From: Rhodopirellula sp. JB055
Lineage (GTDB): Bacteria; Planctomycetota; Planctomycetia; Pirellulales; Pirellulaceae
Reading direction: 5' to 3'
DNA: 46,544 bases
Assembly (NCBI RefSeq): GCF_043100905.1
Contig: NZ_JBICHO010000546.1
Span: forward strand, 1-46,544
Numbering within the stretch: position 1 is the first letter of the stretch; each line of letters begins with the position of its first letter. Shown here in pieces: positions 44,159 to 46,544 of the stretch. The notes beneath the pieces were generated by a model, which was not told where the DNA came from, made no database searches, and saw only the letters and a list, made by a program, of their open reading frames with translations. Made by a program: the position numbers and the translations under genes.

Positions 44159-44920
44159 TCACGGACGCAGATCCCAATCCTTCATCTCGCCTAGAAGTTC
44201 CTCTCGCGTCAAGTTGAAATGCAGGGGGGTCAAGGTCACACACCCCTCGCGAAGCTGGGTCACGTCAGTCATCTCCGCAGGCGGTTTGTCGGGTTGTGTC
44301 CACAGGGCCCAATAGTAATCACGCCCCCCGGGGTCCTGACGTTTTTCATAACGTCGTCCGTATTGAGCCAAGCCCATCGGCACGACCTTCACTTCGCTTG
44401 CCGATTCCGTCGCCGCCGTGGGAACATTCAAATTGAACAGCCCACCACGAGACTCTTCATGGCGAACGATTTCACCGATAACGTTGCGTGCGATCACCGC
44501 CGCCGCGTCGAAATCATTGTCGTCTGAATTTTCCAGCGACACGGCGACGCTGGTGACCCCAAAGAACGCACCTTCGATCGCGGCCGCAACCGTGCCGGAA
44601 TACAGCACGTTGATTCCGGCATTCAACCCGTTGTTGATCCCGCTGACGACCAAATCAATGGGTTCGTCCACGAACAACTCAGCCAAGGAAAGCTTCACGC
44701 AATCGGCCGGCGAACCTTCGACCGCCCAAGCCCAATGAACACCATCGCGGTGAATGGATTTTGGAACCAGCGGTGTCAGATAGGTGATCGAATGACCAAC
44801 ACCACTTTGCTCCGTTGCCGGAGCGACTGTGATGACCTCGCCCAAGTGACGCAGTTGTTGACGCAGTGCCGCCAGACCTGGGGCATGAACGCCATCATCA
44901 TTCGTTAACAGAATTCGCAT
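44159..44920 (-). CDS. surE: 5'/3'-nucleotidase SurE
   Basis: MRILLTNDDG, APATEQSG, GSPADCV, VVSGIN and YSGTVAAAIEG motifs. Confidence 0.97.
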   Translation of the reverse strand: MRILLTNDDGVHAPGLAALRQQLRHLGEVITVAPATEQSGVGHSITYLTPLVPKSIHRDGVHWAWAVEGSPADCVKLSLAELFVDEPIDLVVSGINNGLNAGINVLYSGTVAAAIEGAFFGVTSVAVSLENSDDNDFDAAAVIARNVIGEIVRHEESRGGLFNLNVPTAATESASEVKVVPMGLAQYGRRYEKRQDPGGRDYYWALWTQPDKPPAEMTDVTQLREGCVTLTPLHFNLTREELLGEMKDWDLRP

Positions 44921-44971
44921 GAGAAAAGTTTGTCCATCGATGTATGCGGCTCGAACCAATCCGAAGATAGG

Positions 44972-46544
44972 TTATGAACTGCATGACAACATCGAACAAC
45001 CCGGACGGTGACGCGCCCACTCGGGTCGCTTCTCGGCAAAGCGTTCTTTCCCCGGTTGATCGTCATACGGTCGACGTAGAACTTCCAACAACTCACTCAC
45101 CAACGAATCGTCGCCCTTGTCACACGCATCAATCGCCAACTGAGCCAAGTAGTTCCGCAAAACATACTTCGGATTGACCGCATTCATTCGCTGCCGCCGC
45201 TGCGAATCATCGGCAGGAAAACCATCGTCCGCCAGGACCCGCGATTGATAGGAACGCATCCAATCCATCAACGCCTGCTGGTACTCTTCCGTGACCTCGT
45301 CGGCAACGTAGTGCGCCTCCGATAGATGACCAAGCACGGACGCCAGCTCCAATGCAATCGGTTGCTCTCGCGTCCCTAGCTCAATGTCCGCCAACCGCCG
45401 ATAGAAAATCGTCATGTCGGTCTCGGCCAATTGCAACAACGTCAACAACGAGTCGACCAACTCGTCATCGGTCTCACTGTCGTACTTGGACAGCCCCAGC
45501 TTGCCTGCCATCATCGAGTGCCAGCTTTTTTGAAACTCCTCAACATAAACCGCGATTCCACGTTGCAACGGTTCCGCTTCCTTGACCAACGGAACCAAAG
45601 CATTGGCCAGCGCCACCAAGTTCCACTGGGCGATCTGAGGCTGATGTGCGTAGCGATACCTTCGCCCTTGCGCGTCGGTGGTGTTCGGCGTCCAGTCGGG
45701 ATCGTAATCCTCCAGCCAACCGTATGGGCCGTAGTCAATCGTCAGCCCAAGAATCGACATGTTGTCGGTGTTCATCACACCGTGGACAAAGCCGACTCGC
45801 ATCCAGTGCACCACCATCTCCGCGGTCGTCCGGCAAACTTCCTCGAACATCGCCGCGATCACGTCGGGACCAATCTCGGCATCTGACCCCGATAGCAAGT
45901 GCGGGAACTCTGAACGAATCGTGTGTTCCACTAGCGTTTGCAATGTCTCGGTGTCTTCCCGCGAAGCGAAGATTTCGAAGTTGCCAAACCGGATGAATGA
46001 GGGTGCGACTCGGCACACGATCGCACCCAGTTCATGTTCGGGATGCCCGTCGTAGAACATGTCGCGAAGCACCTTCTCACCGGTCAACACCAAACTGAGA
46101 GCCCGCGTGGTCGGCACGCCCAAGTGATGCATCGCTTCGCTGCAAAGAAATTCGCGAACGCTCGATCGCAGAACCGCCAAACCATCCGCGGTCCGAGAAT
46201 ACGGCGTCAGCCCAGCCCCTTTGAGCTGCAACGTCCAGTGCTTCTCATCTGCGGTGACCACTTCGCCAAGATTGATTGCCCGGCCGTCCCCCAGTTGCCC
46301 GGCCCAGTTTCCAAACTGGTGACCGCCGTAGCACATCGCAAAAGGATCCATGCCCTCGGCCAGAGCGTTGCCGGCCAAAACCTCGGTCAGCTCAGCCGAT
46401 CCCAACCACTTCGGATCCAAACCGATCAGCTCAGCGACTTCTTTGGCACCGGCCACCCATTTCGGAGCCGAAACCGGCGTCGGTTGCACTCGCGAAAAAC
46501 CCGCTTGGTGAACTTGGCGAGTGAAATTTCGCGGCTCCGGGTCC
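44972..46544 (-). CDS. selO: Protein adenylyltransferase SelO/YdiU (5' end beyond the window)
   Basis: YGGHQFG...QLGDGRA, QLKGAGLTPYSR, GFVHGVMNTDNMS, IDYGP and terminal CSMLSCSS. The frame stays open to the window edge. Confidence 0.96.
   Translation of the reverse strand, partial: DPEPRNFTRQVHQAGFSRVQPTPVSAPKWVAGAKEVAELIGLDPKWLGSAELTEVLAGNALAEGMDPFAMCYGGHQFGNWAGQLGDGRAINLGEVVTADEKHWTLQLKGAGLTPYSRTADGLAVLRSSVREFLCSEAMHHLGVPTTRALSLVLTGEKVLRDMFYDGHPEHELGAIVCRVAPSFIRFGNFEIFASREDTETLQTLVEHTIRSEFPHLLSGSDAEIGPDVIAAMFEEVCRTTAEMVVHWMRVGFVHGVMNTDNMSILGLTIDYGPYGWLEDYDPDWTPNTTDAQGRRYRYAHQPQIAQWNLVALANALVPLVKEAEPLQRGIAVYVEEFQKSWHSMMAGKLGLSKYDSETDDELVDSLLTLLQLAETDMTIFYRRLADIELGTREQPIALELASVLGHLSEAHYVADEVTEEYQQALMDWMRSYQSRVLADDGFPADDSQRRQRMNAVNPKYVLRNYLAQLAIDACDKGDDSLVSELLEVLRRPYDDQPGKERFAEKRPEWARHRPGCSMLSCSS

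Noticed and set aside
44972-44995. Selenocysteine recoding in SelO
   Set aside because: The C-terminus is TGC AGT TCA TAA (Cys-Ser-Ser-stop), with no in-frame TGA.

Overview
Planctomycete (Rhodopirellula-like) chromosomal segment, inferred from DUF1549/1553 and DUF1501 genes, an LEPR-XLL-type secreted protein and repeat-rich intergenic spacers. Housekeeping genes: metH (truncated by the left edge), ilvN-ilvC, scpA-tRNase Z-like-hemW, cydAB, tRNA-Leu(TAG), rplY-pth-rpsF-ssb-rplI, clpX, surE and selO (truncated by the right edge). Accessory genes: an AraC/NHL/DUF1553/DUF1501 module, a truncated flagellin-like protein, a GH10 xylanase, an outer-membrane barrel, transporters and a dockerin metalloprotease. 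The strongest unexplained structure is non-coding. (i) At least six REP-like palindrome families occur, plus small elements bounded by terminal inverted repeats (TIRs). One of these inserted, with a target duplication, into a REP while carrying another REP doublet; no transposase is present in the window. (ii) GTAG-REPs supply the stop codons of two genes. (iii) A ~210-nt rod-shaped, 6S-like RNA candidate lies upstream of metH. Apparent lesions in metH, rplY and possibly the MFS gene look like base-calling errors. All family assignments are by motif recognition only; no searches were run.
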